Positions 38,695 to 50,139 of a stretch of 64,000 nucleotides of DNA are shown one piece after another. The position numbers and the translations under genes are program-made. This stretch comes from a virus (Duplodnaviria; Heunggongvirae; Uroviricota; Caudoviricetes): IMG/VR virus record IMGVR_UViG_2671180890_000004. One strand, written 5' to 3'. Numbering within the stretch: position 1 is the stretch's first letter; each line of letters opens with the position of its first letter. The notes below the pieces were generated by a model. It did no database searches, was not told the DNA's origin, and saw only the letters and a program-made list of their open reading frames with translations.

Positions 38695-38867
38695 GCGTTT
38701 AATTGTTATTGGTTCTTTTTGCCGGAGAGCGGCTCCGCCTTATCCGGCCGACATAGATTTATTCCTGTTCACGTACAGATTGTCGGATGCGGCGTAAACG
38801 CCTTATCCGACCTGGATTCTCGTAGGCCGGACAAGCCGCAAAGCGTCGCCTCCGGCATGGTGCGGTG

Positions 38868-40154
38868 CTACAGCTTCGCCTCAGCAAAACACTGGCTGAT
38901 GATCTCCAGACCCTGACGGATCTGAGCGTCTTCAATGGTGAGCGGTACAAGGATGCGCAGCACGTTGTAATACGGGCCGCAGGAGAGAAGAATCAGACCC
39001 TTATCGCGGGCGCGTGCCACGATCTCGGCGGTGAGTTTTGCGTCCGGTTTGCTGTGATCGCCATCTTCAAACAGCTCGATGGCGATCATCGCCCCCAGAC
39101 CGCGTACGTCGCCGATCTCCGGGTGTTTTTCGGCTATCGCCAGCAATCCGTCTTTCAGCTTCTGCCCCAGAACGTTGGCTTTTTGCAGCAGATTTTCCTG
39201 CTCGAACACCTTCAACACTTCCAGCGCCGCTACGCAGGCAATCGGGTTACCGGCATAGGTGCCACCCAGTCCGCCCGGTGCGACGGCGTCCATCACTTCC
39301 GCGCGCCCGGTGACGCCCGCCAGCGGGAAACCGCCTGCGATCGATTTCGCAAAGGTGGTGAGATCTGGTGCCACGCCCATTTGCTCCATCGCAAACAGCG
39401 TGCCGGTACGCCCTGCGCCGCTCTGCACTTCATCGGCAATCAGCATGATCCCGTGCTCGTCACACAGCGCGCGTAAACGCTGCATAAAGGCTGGCGTCGC
39501 GGCGTAGAAACCGCCTTCGCCCTGAACGGGCTCAATCACGATGGCGGCGATATCTTCCGGCGCGGCGTCATTTTTGAAGATCCGGTGGATGCTGGCGATA
39601 GCGTCATCCTCGCTTATGCCGTGCAGCGGGCAAGGATAAAGCGCGCGATAAACATGACCCGGCATCAGCCCCATGCCCGCAGAGTACGGATTCACCTTGC
39701 CGGTCAGCGCCAGCGTGTAATGCGTGCGCCCGTGATACGCACCGCTAAAGGCGATAGTACCGCTACGTTTAGTGGCGGCGCGGGCGATTTTCACCGCATT
39801 TTCCACCGCTTCGGAACCGGTCGTAACCAGCAGAGTTTTCTTGGCAAAATCGCCCGGCACCTTCTGATTCATAATCTCGCACAGCTCCAGATACGGCTCG
39901 TAGGCCAGCACCTGGAAGCAGGTGTGCGACAGTTTTTTCAATTGCGCTTCCACCGCCGCAACCACTTTCGGATGCAGGTGCCCGGTATTGAGCACCGCAA
40001 TCCCGCCCGCGAAATCAAGATACTCACGGCCTTCAACGTCCCACACCCGGCAGTTTTCCGCGCGGTCAGCGAAAATCGGGTGAATTTGCCCAACGCCACG
40101 GGGAATCGCCTGACTGCGGCGCTGCATTAACTCTTTATTGCTGATCATTCGCAT
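38868..40154 (-). CDS. gabT: 4-aminobutyrate aminotransferase
   Basis: Full-length PLP aminotransferase; start may be 6 nt downstream. Confidence 0.9.
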   Translation of the reverse strand: MRMISNKELMQRRSQAIPRGVGQIHPIFADRAENCRVWDVEGREYLDFAGGIAVLNTGHLHPKVVAAVEAQLKKLSHTCFQVLAYEPYLELCEIMNQKVPGDFAKKTLLVTTGSEAVENAVKIARAATKRSGTIAFSGAYHGRTHYTLALTGKVNPYSAGMGLMPGHVYRALYPCPLHGISEDDAIASIHRIFKNDAAPEDIAAIVIEPVQGEGGFYAATPAFMQRLRALCDEHGIMLIADEVQSGAGRTGTLFAMEQMGVAPDLTTFAKSIAGGFPLAGVTGRAEVMDAVAPGGLGGTYAGNPIACVAALEVLKVFEQENLLQKANVLGQKLKDGLLAIAEKHPEIGDVRGLGAMIAIELFEDGDHSKPDAKLTAEIVARARDKGLILLSCGPYYNVLRILVPLTIEDAQIRQGLEIISQCFAEAKL

Positions 40155-40161
40155 TCTCCAG

Positions 40162-41610
40162 TTAAAGACCGATGCACATATATTTGATTTCTAAGTAATC
40201 TTCGATGCCATACTTCGAACCTTCACGACCCAGACCCGAGGCTTTAATGCCGCCGAACGGGGCCACTTCATTGGAAATAATGCCGGTGTTGATGCCGATG
40301 ATGCCGTACTCCAGTGCTTCGCCCACGCGGAAGACGCGGCTTAAATCACGGGCGTAGAAATAGGCTGCAAGTCCAAATTCGGTGTCATTGGCTTGCGCAA
40401 TCACATCGGCTTCATCTTTAAAACGGAACAGCGGGGCGAGGGGGCCAAACGTCTCTTCTTTCGACACTTTGGCGTTAGCCGGAACGTCTACCAGAATGGT
40501 CGGCTGGAAGAAGTTACCGCCGCGTTCATGTGCTTTACCGCCGCAAACCACGCGCGCGCCTTTCTCCAGCGCATCAGCAATATGCTCTTCCACTTTTGCT
40601 ACCGCTTTTTCATCGATCAACGGCCCGATGGTGACGCCTTTCTCCAGCCCGTCGCCGATGTGCAGTTTGCTCACCGCCTGCTGCAATTTTTCGGCAAAGC
40701 GGTCATACACGCTGTCCTGCACATACAGGCGGTTGGCGCAGACGCAGGTTTGCCCGGCGTTACGGAATTTCGAGGCCAGCGCGCCTTCCACGGCTTTATC
40801 GAGATCGGCATCGTCAAAGACAATAAACGGTGCGTTGCCGCCCAGCTCCAGCGACACTTTTTTGATGTCTTTCGCGCACTGTTCCATTAACTGACGGCCA
40901 ATTTCGGTCGAGCCGGTAAACGACAGCTTGCGCACCAGCGGGTTGCTGGTCAGTTCGTTACCGACCGCGCCCGCCGAACCGGTGACCACGTTAAACACGC
41001 CAGCCGGAACGCCCGCGCGAATCGCCAGTTCTGCCAGCGCCAGCGCAGAGAACGGCGTCTGACTGGCGGGCTTCAGCACCATGGTGCAGCCAGCCGCCAG
41101 CGCCGGACCAGCTTTACGGGTAATCATCGCCGCCGGGAAGTTCCATGGCGTGATAGCCGCGGTGACGCCAATCGGCTGCTTGATCACAATCAGGCGTTTA
41201 TCGGCCTGATGACCGGGAATGGTGTCGCCATAAATACGTTTGCCTTCTTCAGCAAACCACTCAATAAATGAGGCGGCGTAGCTGATTTCGCCTTTCGCTT
41301 CAGCCAGTGGTTTGCCCTGTTCGAGGGTCATCAGGCGCGCTAAATCGTCCTGATGCTCCATCATTAAATTGAACCAGTTGCGCAGAATGTTGGCGCGTTC
41401 TTTGGCAGTGAGCGCACGCCAGGCGGGCAGGGCGCGGCTGGCGGCGTCGATAGCGGCGCGGGTTTCATCAGCGCCCATTTTCGGCACGCTACCCAGCTTG
41501 TCGCCGTTCGCCGGATTGGTGACGTCGATGACCTCGCCATTGTTGGCGTCCAGCCATTCCCCGTTAATCAACGCCTGCTGGCGGAATAAGTTACTGTCGT
41601 TAAGTTTCAT
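40162..41610 (-). CDS. gabD: Succinate-semialdehyde dehydrogenase (NADP+)
   Basis: 482-aa aldehyde dehydrogenase, operon position. Confidence 0.9.
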   Translation of the reverse strand: MKLNDSNLFRQQALINGEWLDANNGEVIDVTNPANGDKLGSVPKMGADETRAAIDAASRALPAWRALTAKERANILRNWFNLMMEHQDDLARLMTLEQGKPLAEAKGEISYAASFIEWFAEEGKRIYGDTIPGHQADKRLIVIKQPIGVTAAITPWNFPAAMITRKAGPALAAGCTMVLKPASQTPFSALALAELAIRAGVPAGVFNVVTGSAGAVGNELTSNPLVRKLSFTGSTEIGRQLMEQCAKDIKKVSLELGGNAPFIVFDDADLDKAVEGALASKFRNAGQTCVCANRLYVQDSVYDRFAEKLQQAVSKLHIGDGLEKGVTIGPLIDEKAVAKVEEHIADALEKGARVVCGGKAHERGGNFFQPTILVDVPANAKVSKEETFGPLAPLFRFKDEADVIAQANDTEFGLAAYFYARDLSRVFRVGEALEYGIIGINTGIISNEVAPFGGIKASGLGREGSKYGIEDYLEIKYMCIGL

Positions 41611-41635
41611 CGCTACATCCTGTTTTCAAAGGTTA

Positions 41636-42901
41636 TTAATTAAATGCGGCGTGTAAGGCATCCACACTACGTGCCGCTCGCAGCGTGCGTCCGGGGTTAC
41701 TCTGGCTTGCCAACAGCGTTTGTACCTTGCTGACAATATGCGCACCAATAGGAATTGCTGATGTCGCTGCCGGGGAGGGCGCATTACAGGTGTGGATCGT
41801 GCGCGGGGTGGTGACAAACAGAAAATCGTCAATCAGCTTGCCGTCCGGCGATACCGCCTGCGCCCGCACACCGGGGGGCCAGGGCTGGAGATCGCTTAAC
41901 GAAAGCCGGGGACAATACTTTTGCACCAGCCGCAGATAGCCGCTTTTGCACAGCGAGTTTTTCATCTCGCCCAGTCCTGAGCGTAGATGGTTTTGCAGCA
42001 CCCGGCGAATCCCCGACGAGCCTAAAATCTCCAGCGTGTCACTAAATGAGAAGTCGCGCTTGCGGTAGCCTTCGCGTTTGAAAGCCAGCACCGCGTTTGG
42101 CCCGACGGTCACGCTGCCGTCGATCATGCGGGTGAGATGCACGCCCAAAAACGGCATTGCCGGGTCGGGAATGGGGTAAATCAGGTGGTTAACAATCTGG
42201 TTATGCTCTGGCGCAAGGCGGAAATACTCGCCGCGGAACGGGCAGATAATAAAGCCCGGTTCGAGGCCGAGCATTTTCACCAGCCGGTCAGCCATCAGCC
42301 CGGAACAACTAATCAGCGTCGATGCTTCATATTCACCGCCCTGACGGGTACGTATCACCACGCCGTTTTTATGCTCACTGAGGGCGCTGACTTCGGCGTT
42401 ATAAATAATCTCACCACCTCTGGCCTGGAAGATTTTTGCCATCGCCGCCGTCACTTCGCGGTAGCTGACAATGCCGCTGGACGGCACAAAAATGCCGCCA
42501 AGCCCGGTGATATTCGGTTCACGCTCGCGCAGCTCCTCGGCGTTTAACCACTCGCGCTCGATCCCGTTTGCCGCCGTGCGTTTCCATAACGCATTCATCC
42601 GTTCCATTTCGAGTTCAGACGTGGCGACCAGCATCTTGCCGCAGTTGTCGTAGCGAATGCCGTTTTGATCGCAAAAGACTTTAGTGGCGCGGTTCCCCGC
42701 CAGGCAAAACTGCGTCTTCAGGCTACCGGGCGTGTAATAGACTCCGGCATGGATCACGCCGCTGTTGTGGCCCGTCTGGTGACAGGCAGGGCCGGACTCT
42801 TTTTCCAGCAACGCAATGCGGGCGTCAGGATAGATATCAATCAGTTGCATGGCGGTCGACATGCCGATGATGCCGCCGCCAATAATCACAAAATCATACA
42901 T
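41636..42901 (-). CDS. lhgO: L-2-hydroxyglutarate oxidase (FAD)
   Basis: Start moved to MYDFVIIGGGIIG (FAD-binding GxGxxG). Confidence 0.85.
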   Translation of the reverse strand: MYDFVIIGGGIIGMSTAMQLIDIYPDARIALLEKESGPACHQTGHNSGVIHAGVYYTPGSLKTQFCLAGNRATKVFCDQNGIRYDNCGKMLVATSELEMERMNALWKRTAANGIEREWLNAEELREREPNITGLGGIFVPSSGIVSYREVTAAMAKIFQARGGEIIYNAEVSALSEHKNGVVIRTRQGGEYEASTLISCSGLMADRLVKMLGLEPGFIICPFRGEYFRLAPEHNQIVNHLIYPIPDPAMPFLGVHLTRMIDGSVTVGPNAVLAFKREGYRKRDFSFSDTLEILGSSGIRRVLQNHLRSGLGEMKNSLCKSGYLRLVQKYCPRLSLSDLQPWPPGVRAQAVSPDGKLIDDFLFVTTPRTIHTCNAPSPAATSAIPIGAHIVSKVQTLLASQSNPGRTLRAARSVDALHAAFN

Positions 42902-42920
42902 CCGCTCAATTCCTTTGCGC

Positions 42921-43997
<1,077 letters not shown>

Positions 43998-44426
43998 TTA
44001 CATATTGTTTTCTTATTGTGATCAAAAACAGCAAATTAATAACAAGTAATGTGAGGGATAAGAATTGGGTTGAAAGGAAATGAATAATTAAAACAATATA
44101 TTAAGTGTGCTTATACTCTTTTTCGAACTGGTGGCATTTGTTTAAATGCTATTTAAACTGCTTTTTCAGAGTTCAACTTACTGAGTTCCGTGTCGACTAA
44201 TGTGAGTAAGATCAATCGCATCCAACCTATGTTACTTGATGGCATCGATAACAATATTAATGAACATACAGATTCCGGGAAGGCTGGCTATGGGGGCAAA
44301 TTATTCTCTTTCTGGAAACGGGTAAATAACAGTGACCATTTGTCGAGAAGCTGATACTGAGCTGAGGGATACTGTATATGTCTGGACTGTAATTGGATGA
44401 ATTCTATTCAGGGCGGGTCAGGACCA

Positions 44427-44452
44427 ATAAAAAAGCCCGCATCAGCGGGCTT
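44427..44452 (-). terminator. Hairpin terminator on minus strand downstream of att remnant
   Basis: GCCCGC-TGATG-CGGGC stem followed by T-run when read on the minus strand. Confidence 0.4.
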
Positions 44453-44581
44453 TAATGTCATAGGGAGTCGCGACTCCGTTGCGTATCCTTTTTTGTCTCC
44501 TCACCGTCTGGTCGGTGTCCTGCTGAGACTTATAACTTCCTGTTTTTGTTGGTGTAGTCCTTACACCGTCCAATCATTATT

Positions 44582-44614
44582 TGGTGGAGCTGGCGGGAGT
44601 TGAACCCGTGTCCA
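44582..44614 (-). other. tmRNA (ssrA) 3'-end fragment, prophage attachment-site repeat
   Basis: Minus strand reads GGACACGGGTTCAACTCCCGCCAGCTCCACCA, matching the tmRNA 3' terminus with one mismatch; flanks do not match ssrA. Confidence 0.7.
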
Positions 44615-45039
44615 TAGTTATGTAATTCATTGAATTTAAATAGCCAAATATTGTTGATTTTACACGCGGCTCTTTTGCGGAACTTTTTCTGTCCTGTTAC
44701 TGTCTTACTATTTATTTTAAAATAGTTTCATTTGGAATTAATGGTTTGTGGTTGCAGTTTCGGAGATAGATAGCATTTTTTGCTAAAAAATATTTTTATA
44801 AAAAATGTGTGTAAAAATGATGTTATGCACAGATTTATACACAGAGGCTTTGTAATAAACCAGATTATTTTGGATAAGTTTGTTTTTTTGTGATTTGTCA
44901 ACAATATTATTGACTCTTGTTACTAAAGTGAGTGTTTTCTAAGGTGGCCAGAAGTTGTCCCTTCATGTAATCTTATTAGCCATAAAGAACAAAAAATAAT
45001 TCAACATCATTACCAACTATTTGTAAGATAAGGTTTTTA

Positions 45040-45855
45040 ATGTTGCAGCCAGCAAAAAAAGCATCAGTTATTAGCGCGCGGCTAACTAAATACCTCAAAG
45101 ATGGAGTGAGGATTGATGACTTTAGCTTTAGAAGGATGTTACGTGAGATTGAAGCACTTAGAGATCCTGTCTCTGAGGACTATCTTTTAGCGTTGGTCTA
45201 TGGTGCACATGGTCAAGTGAATGAGGCGATAGGCTTCTTTGAGCGTTCCTTGCAGGTATGCCATAATGAGGTTGTTGCAAAGAATTTTCTTGTTTTCTTG
45301 TCAGATTACGGTACGTTGAAGAAAAGCTTTGAAACAAGCATTAAGCTTGCTGAAAGCTTCATATCCCCGTTTATTTATCTTCAAGCTTATGAAAACTCCC
45401 TCTTTATGGGGAAGATGGCGTTGGCGGAGAAGTATTTCCAGTCATACTCTAAATTGTTCGGAGATAAGGAGCCTGAAAAAATGGACAACCATCTTGATGA
45501 AGTTGTTTCCCAGGTCGAATCCTTTAAGCAACGTGCCGATCTTTCTGGTTTAGAATATGAACTTATTTTCAATAATGTAGCCAATGTCATGGATTCTCAG
45601 AAGGTTCATCTTTCGGGAATGCGTTTTTATAATATTTCGGAAGAGAAAGTGAATGCGATTGTATTCATGACAAAGTCTTCTGATGCTGAACAAATCGCTG
45701 ATATGAATATTGAGCTTGCTTTTTCAATGGCTGAGCACGATTGTTTAGTCGGTAAAGATTTTGCTGTTTGGTTTGAATGTAAAGACACACATATTGAGCA
45801 GAATGCTATCTCCGAATTAGGTCTGATTACCCGGAGGGTTGCACATGCCGGTTAA
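45040..45855 (+). CDS. Hypothetical 271-aa protein, first gene of AT-rich cargo pair
   Basis: ORF after a long AT-rich promoter-like region between att and int; no motif recognised. Confidence 0.45.
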   Translation: MLQPAKKASVISARLTKYLKDGVRIDDFSFRRMLREIEALRDPVSEDYLLALVYGAHGQVNEAIGFFERSLQVCHNEVVAKNFLVFLSDYGTLKKSFETSIKLAESFISPFIYLQAYENSLFMGKMALAEKYFQSYSKLFGDKEPEKMDNHLDEVVSQVESFKQRADLSGLEYELIFNNVANVMDSQKVHLSGMRFYNISEEKVNAIVFMTKSSDAEQIADMNIELAFSMAEHDCLVGKDFAVWFECKDTHIEQNAISELGLITRRVAHAG

Positions 45856-46228
45856 TAGTCAAGATTTTCTCGGTTTTGCAAAAGACTGTCATCAACGTAA
45901 TGACGAAATCGGCTATCGAAATGCTATAGCAAGATCCTACTATGGCGCTTACCATCATGTCTTGCCTTGTATGGTAAACGGGCCGAAAGACAGTCATCAG
46001 GGGCTAATCAATTATTTGCAGGGCGATGCTTCAAGAGGAAGTGAAGTATATGAAGCTAGATATCTAAAAGGGATTAGTTTTATCCTGAGTCAACTTAAAG
46101 CTCAGAGGATTGTTGCAGACTATCGACTTGATCAATCGGTCACTTCTAAACAGTCTGAAGTTGCGATTCTAACAACTGAGAGGCTCTTTGCTAAGTGTAC
46201 GGAAATGCTTAAATCGAGAGCCTCCTAA
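45839..46228 (+). CDS. Hypothetical 129-aa protein with R-x6-H motif (possible HEPN-like)
   Basis: Start overlaps upstream stop by about 17 nt; RSYYGAYHH segment. Confidence 0.45.
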   Translation: MHMPVNSQDFLGFAKDCHQRNDEIGYRNAIARSYYGAYHHVLPCMVNGPKDSHQGLINYLQGDASRGSEVYEARYLKGISFILSQLKAQRIVADYRLDQSVTSKQSEVAILTTERLFAKCTEMLKSRAS

Positions 46229-46231
46229 TTG

Positions 46232-46258
46232 ATAAAGCCACTTAAGTGGCTTTTTTTG
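46232..46258. terminator. Hairpin terminator between cargo pair and integrase
   Basis: AAAGCCACTTAAGTGGCTTTTTTT. Confidence 0.6.
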
Positions 46259-47414
46259 TGATATTGCTGGTCGTATTACCGTCATATTCCTTTAAATATG
46301 AACCATAATGACGAAATAACATTTCCGGCCCTTTATGCCCCATTTGAGCTGCAAGCCAAAACAGGTTTGCTCCCCGGCTGATATGGCGGGTGGCGAATGT
46401 ATGCCTAGTTTGATATGGATTTCTGTAACGAATACCTGCTTTTCGCAATGTTGGCACCCATGCTTTTTTCCTGATTGCATCAGCACTTGCCCAGGGCTTA
46501 TTGGTCTTTGGATCTTCAAAGACAGTAGCATCCTTCATGAATGTAAATGGCTTCTGATTTATCAGCGCCAACATTGCTTCTTCAGTCAGTTCAACTTTAC
46601 GGGTACCGGCTTTTGTCTTTGTCCCTTTGATAACACCGACAACACTTGCGCTCTGGACATGGGCAGTTTTTCCAACAAAGTCGATATCACGCCATCGAAG
46701 GGCACATAATTCAGAACTACGCAGGCCTGTATGTATAGCGAACCGGAACAGATTTTCCCATTGTTTTTTTCCGGCTGCTGCTAGTAATGCATCAACTTCT
46801 GCTGGTGATAGCGGATCAACCACGTAGCTGCTTTCTGCTTCTGACTTATCACTTTGGTAGCGCGAAGCAGTTACCAACGATACGGGGTTAATTTGAAGTA
46901 CCCCATCGGTTACGGCTTCATCAAGTGCTGACCGCAGGAAAGATAACTGGTTGCGAATTGTTTTTAAGGTCGTTTTCTGGCTTTGAATCCACGCTTTCAG
47001 GATTGCTGGTGTTAATTCACTTGCAGGGCAAATGTGGAGTGAGGCTAACGCACTACGGCATTTTTTATAACCACCAATCGTAGAGGGTGAAAGTTTTCTT
47101 GTTTCGCAGATTTCAAGATATTCGTCCAGGTACATCTTTACCGTTTTGCCTGCAGCAGCATTACCAAAAATTTTCAAACGAGCAGAACGGGGAAAATATT
47201 CTGCATAAATGAATGTTCCCCTTTCGATCTTATTATGGATTTCGCCGAGTGTACGCTCGGCGTATTTAATGTTCTTTGGTGTTACTTCCAGATTGGAAAG
47301 CGGCTCACGACATCTAACTCCTTTGTAGGTGAAAGTTATATTGATCGTTTCTCCCTGGCGGTGTTTCCTGATTGTTACGCCGCGCGGTAGTTTGAGCAGT
47401 TTTGTCTGGCCCAT
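46242..47414 (-). CDS. int: Tyrosine integrase
   Basis: 390 aa; C-terminal catalytic region with conserved Arg/His/Tyr pattern; adjacent to att. Confidence 0.9.
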   Translation of the reverse strand: MGQTKLLKLPRGVTIRKHRQGETINITFTYKGVRCREPLSNLEVTPKNIKYAERTLGEIHNKIERGTFIYAEYFPRSARLKIFGNAAAGKTVKMYLDEYLEICETRKLSPSTIGGYKKCRSALASLHICPASELTPAILKAWIQSQKTTLKTIRNQLSFLRSALDEAVTDGVLQINPVSLVTASRYQSDKSEAESSYVVDPLSPAEVDALLAAAGKKQWENLFRFAIHTGLRSSELCALRWRDIDFVGKTAHVQSASVVGVIKGTKTKAGTRKVELTEEAMLALINQKPFTFMKDATVFEDPKTNKPWASADAIRKKAWVPTLRKAGIRYRNPYQTRHTFATRHISRGANLFWLAAQMGHKGPEMLFRHYGSYLKEYDGNTTSNITKKAT

Positions 47415-47593
47415 TTTGCAACCTCACTAAGATCAATCCACCTCTCCTTAACGCCTTCAACCTTTAAAACCTGAACACCTTCACGCCAAACACCGCGCTG
47501 TACACGTTTGTTTATTGCTTCAGGAGTTTCGCCAGTTTCTTTGCAATAAGTTGAGATAGGAACACAATCGAGGTTCAGCATACGTTTCTCCAT
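47375..47593 (-). CDS. xis: Excisionase-like small DNA-binding protein
   Basis: About 70 aa immediately upstream of int; start uncertain. Confidence 0.55.
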   Translation of the reverse strand: MEKRMLNLDCVPISTYCKETGETPEAINKRVQRGVWREGVQVLKVEGVKERWIDLSEVAKWARQNCSNYRAA

Positions 47594-47622
47594 TATCCCG
47601 TCTGCACACGGGAGCAACATTA

Positions 47623-48513
47623 TTAACGAATAGTGTCGTTACTTTGAAGTACAGCAAATGCCATTAATACTTCTAAAGTATATCTTCTATAAAATTTAAC
47701 AAAACCAACATAGAAAACATAGACGAAGAAAAAGCTAAGCATTATTGAAAGTAAACTATAAAGATAATCACTATGAGTACATAATCGATAAATAAAGGTT
47801 GGAACTGATACCCAAAATGAAATTATAAAGATTAAACATATGTTTCTGCAAAAACCATATAATGCAACATAGTTTTGAATTTTTGTTTGATGTTGTTTTG
47901 AAAACTCATAAACATAATGATATGCCAATCTGAAGAGATCATCATCAAGTCCGTTTTTATCTTGTAATAATTGGCGATTTGTTATGAACTTTTTCTCATA
48001 ACCTTCTTTGATCATTAACCATGTTGTATTAGCTAAATGAAATGGTAGAGATTGAGAATAACATAGTTTTTGTGTTATAAAATCCCATAGTATTATTGGA
48101 CATAATACGCATTTGATTATGCGATTCTTTATTTTTGTTTTTTTATCAGCGCTTCTCTCATCGCATGATGGGCTACAAATGCTTTCTGAGGTATCTATCA
48201 ATTTTTTAAATAGATATTTGGAAGGATATCCTAATTCTTTATTCATGTATTTTTCGATAAAAAATGCTGACGTGATAGAAATAAAATGTCCAGCTATATA
48301 AGATATAATAACTATTGAAGCGTAGTTCAAAATGCCAAAGATTTGACTTTGACCTCTGAGCAATTCACTTAAGTCAATAACAATATCTAGATCGAATGTC
48401 AAACCACAGAAATACATTAATAGGATGAAAAAACCACCTGGTATTAAATATCCAAGAAAGTCATAGAATGAGAATGGATTTTGATTCATTGTTGCTCTCC
48501 AATAATTTTTCAA
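47623..48513 (-). CDS. AT-rich membrane protein (two N-terminal and two C-terminal TM helices around a soluble core)
   Basis: 296 aa, low GC, between xis and early-left genes. Confidence 0.5.
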   Translation of the reverse strand: MKNYWRATMNQNPFSFYDFLGYLIPGGFFILLMYFCGLTFDLDIVIDLSELLRGQSQIFGILNYASIVIISYIAGHFISITSAFFIEKYMNKELGYPSKYLFKKLIDTSESICSPSCDERSADKKTKIKNRIIKCVLCPIILWDFITQKLCYSQSLPFHLANTTWLMIKEGYEKKFITNRQLLQDKNGLDDDLFRLAYHYVYEFSKQHQTKIQNYVALYGFCRNICLIFIISFWVSVPTFIYRLCTHSDYLYSLLSIMLSFFFVYVFYVGFVKFYRRYTLEVLMAFAVLQSNDTIR

Positions 48514-48597
48514 TTTGTAATATAACCTATATCTATATGTTAATAAATTACTTATATGTTCTTTTATGGCAGAGTTTGAATTCGTACGTGCTGATTT

Positions 48598-49149
48598 TTA
48601 CGACTCAGTTAACTCTTTAAAGCGTTCCATAAACATCCCATAGGTATGGCCTGGCGACAGTGGAATAACTTTGAACATCTCTGTTGCCGGGATACCTTCC
48701 AGTACGGGCCAGAAAGAGCCATCATCAAGCCCGAGATCGCGGCGTTCGGTTGCCAGCATGATGAGATCGGCATATTTCACGGGCGTACTCATAACCGGGG
48801 GTAACCCGTATTTCTCACGGATTACGGCGTCTATTTTTTCTTCCATCCGTTTATAGTCAGGAAGAAGGCGTTTCAGTGGCGCCGGGATGTCCTGGCAATA
48901 CGCTTCTGTTGCATCATGCATTAACGCTTCAAAAGCAAATTCCTGCGGTACCAGTTGGCTGCAAAGCACCGCATGTTGGGCGACGCTGTAGAAATGTGAA
49001 AGATGTCCTGCAAAGCGACAGATATTTGAAAGAGAAACCGCGATATCGTTAATAACGATGTCGTCTTTATTTATCCTGTCATAATAAAAATGCTTCCCGG
49101 AAAAAGTTTTAATAAATGACATTTTGTTCTCCACGTATATGCGCTGCAC
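48598..49149 (-). CDS. HD-domain phosphohydrolase (YfbR-like 5'-deoxynucleotidase type)
   Basis: H...HD motif in GHLSHFYSVAQHAVLCSQL...ALMHDATEAY. Confidence 0.7.
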   Translation of the reverse strand: MQRIYVENKMSFIKTFSGKHFYYDRINKDDIVINDIAVSLSNICRFAGHLSHFYSVAQHAVLCSQLVPQEFAFEALMHDATEAYCQDIPAPLKRLLPDYKRMEEKIDAVIREKYGLPPVMSTPVKYADLIMLATERRDLGLDDGSFWPVLEGIPATEMFKVIPLSPGHTYGMFMERFKELTES

Positions 49150-49249
49150 CGCGCTGAATTCTGGTAAAAGAAAGCCCTCACCATCCGGCGATTATTGAGT
49201 CAATTACGTTTCCATAAATGCCCCCGCAGGGGCATTTGCAGTAATGAAA

Positions 49250-50074
49250 TCAGGCGGTAAAAGTACCAATAAAGGTTTCTACTTTGCTGTCCTTGAATTT
49301 CTCAACAAGCAGATCACGAAATTCGTTAGCCATTTCTTCCTGCACTGCTTCCAGCTGAATAATGCGCAGAACCAGTACAGGACGATCGCCAGTGATAATG
49401 CTGAGGCGTAATTTAAACGGACGTTCTTTCAGGCCTTCAAACGGAACGCATTTAAATTCAAATGTCACTGGCATAATATCTTTGGTCTTCGCTTCGACAG
49501 ACTCCATCAGGGAGCGTTTGCCGCTGAAGTCATTGTCTTCAAAATCAGCGGTCTGGTTTGCTTCAATCGTGATTTTACGGACTGCCGCAGCCGCTTTTGT
49601 TGCCTGAATGACATCACCATTAGCATCAAAGCCCACAAGGTAGTCGGCCCAGTCTTCAATCCATTCTGCCAGTGACTTCTGGGAGTTACGCTCGCCGTTA
49701 ACAGACAACAGAGCAGAGAACGGTGCTGTCTTTTTCAGTTTGAGAGTGGCGGTGTTATCTGCGTGACCAGGCTCATCAATAGTACCCAGGTTAAGCACAC
49801 TGACGGCACGCATATTATCGGCATCGATAAAGCAGCGGGTGCCTTCATCCGCAAGATCTTTAGAATAACGGGTAAAGTCATCGATGCTGGCAGTGGAAAG
49901 CGCACCACGGAAACGGAAGCGATTTAAATTAAATTTTTCCAGATCATGAATGCGGAAATTTTCAGGTAATGCCACTGCGTCGGCACCAATCTTACTGATA
50001 ATTTCATTAACACCCTGAGCAGAAATAAGGGCATGGATTTGATTAATTGCGGTTGCGTCTAAGTTCTGAGACAT
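49250..50074 (-). CDS. YfdQ-like early-left protein
   Basis: 274 aa, lambdoid early-left position. Confidence 0.5.
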   Translation of the reverse strand: MSQNLDATAINQIHALISAQGVNEIISKIGADAVALPENFRIHDLEKFNLNRFRFRGALSTASIDDFTRYSKDLADEGTRCFIDADNMRAVSVLNLGTIDEPGHADNTATLKLKKTAPFSALLSVNGERNSQKSLAEWIEDWADYLVGFDANGDVIQATKAAAAVRKITIEANQTADFEDNDFSGKRSLMESVEAKTKDIMPVTFEFKCVPFEGLKERPFKLRLSIITGDRPVLVLRIIQLEAVQEEMANEFRDLLVEKFKDSKVETFIGTFTA

Positions 50075-50139
50075 AATAAGTCCTCACTATATAAAGATAT
50101 TCAGTGATGAGATAAATAATCAGTTAATTAAGAACGATA

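Noticed and set aside
40382-40894. Plus-strand ORFs of 165-170 aa
   Set aside because: Antisense to gabD
44397-44603. 68-aa plus-strand ORF
   Set aside because: Overlaps the att repeat and terminator hairpin in an intergenic region
44582-44614. Possible tmRNA or tRNA gene
   Set aside because: Only the 3'-terminal roughly 33 nt of tmRNA is present and flanking sequence does not continue the gene; treated as an att repeat, not an RNA gene
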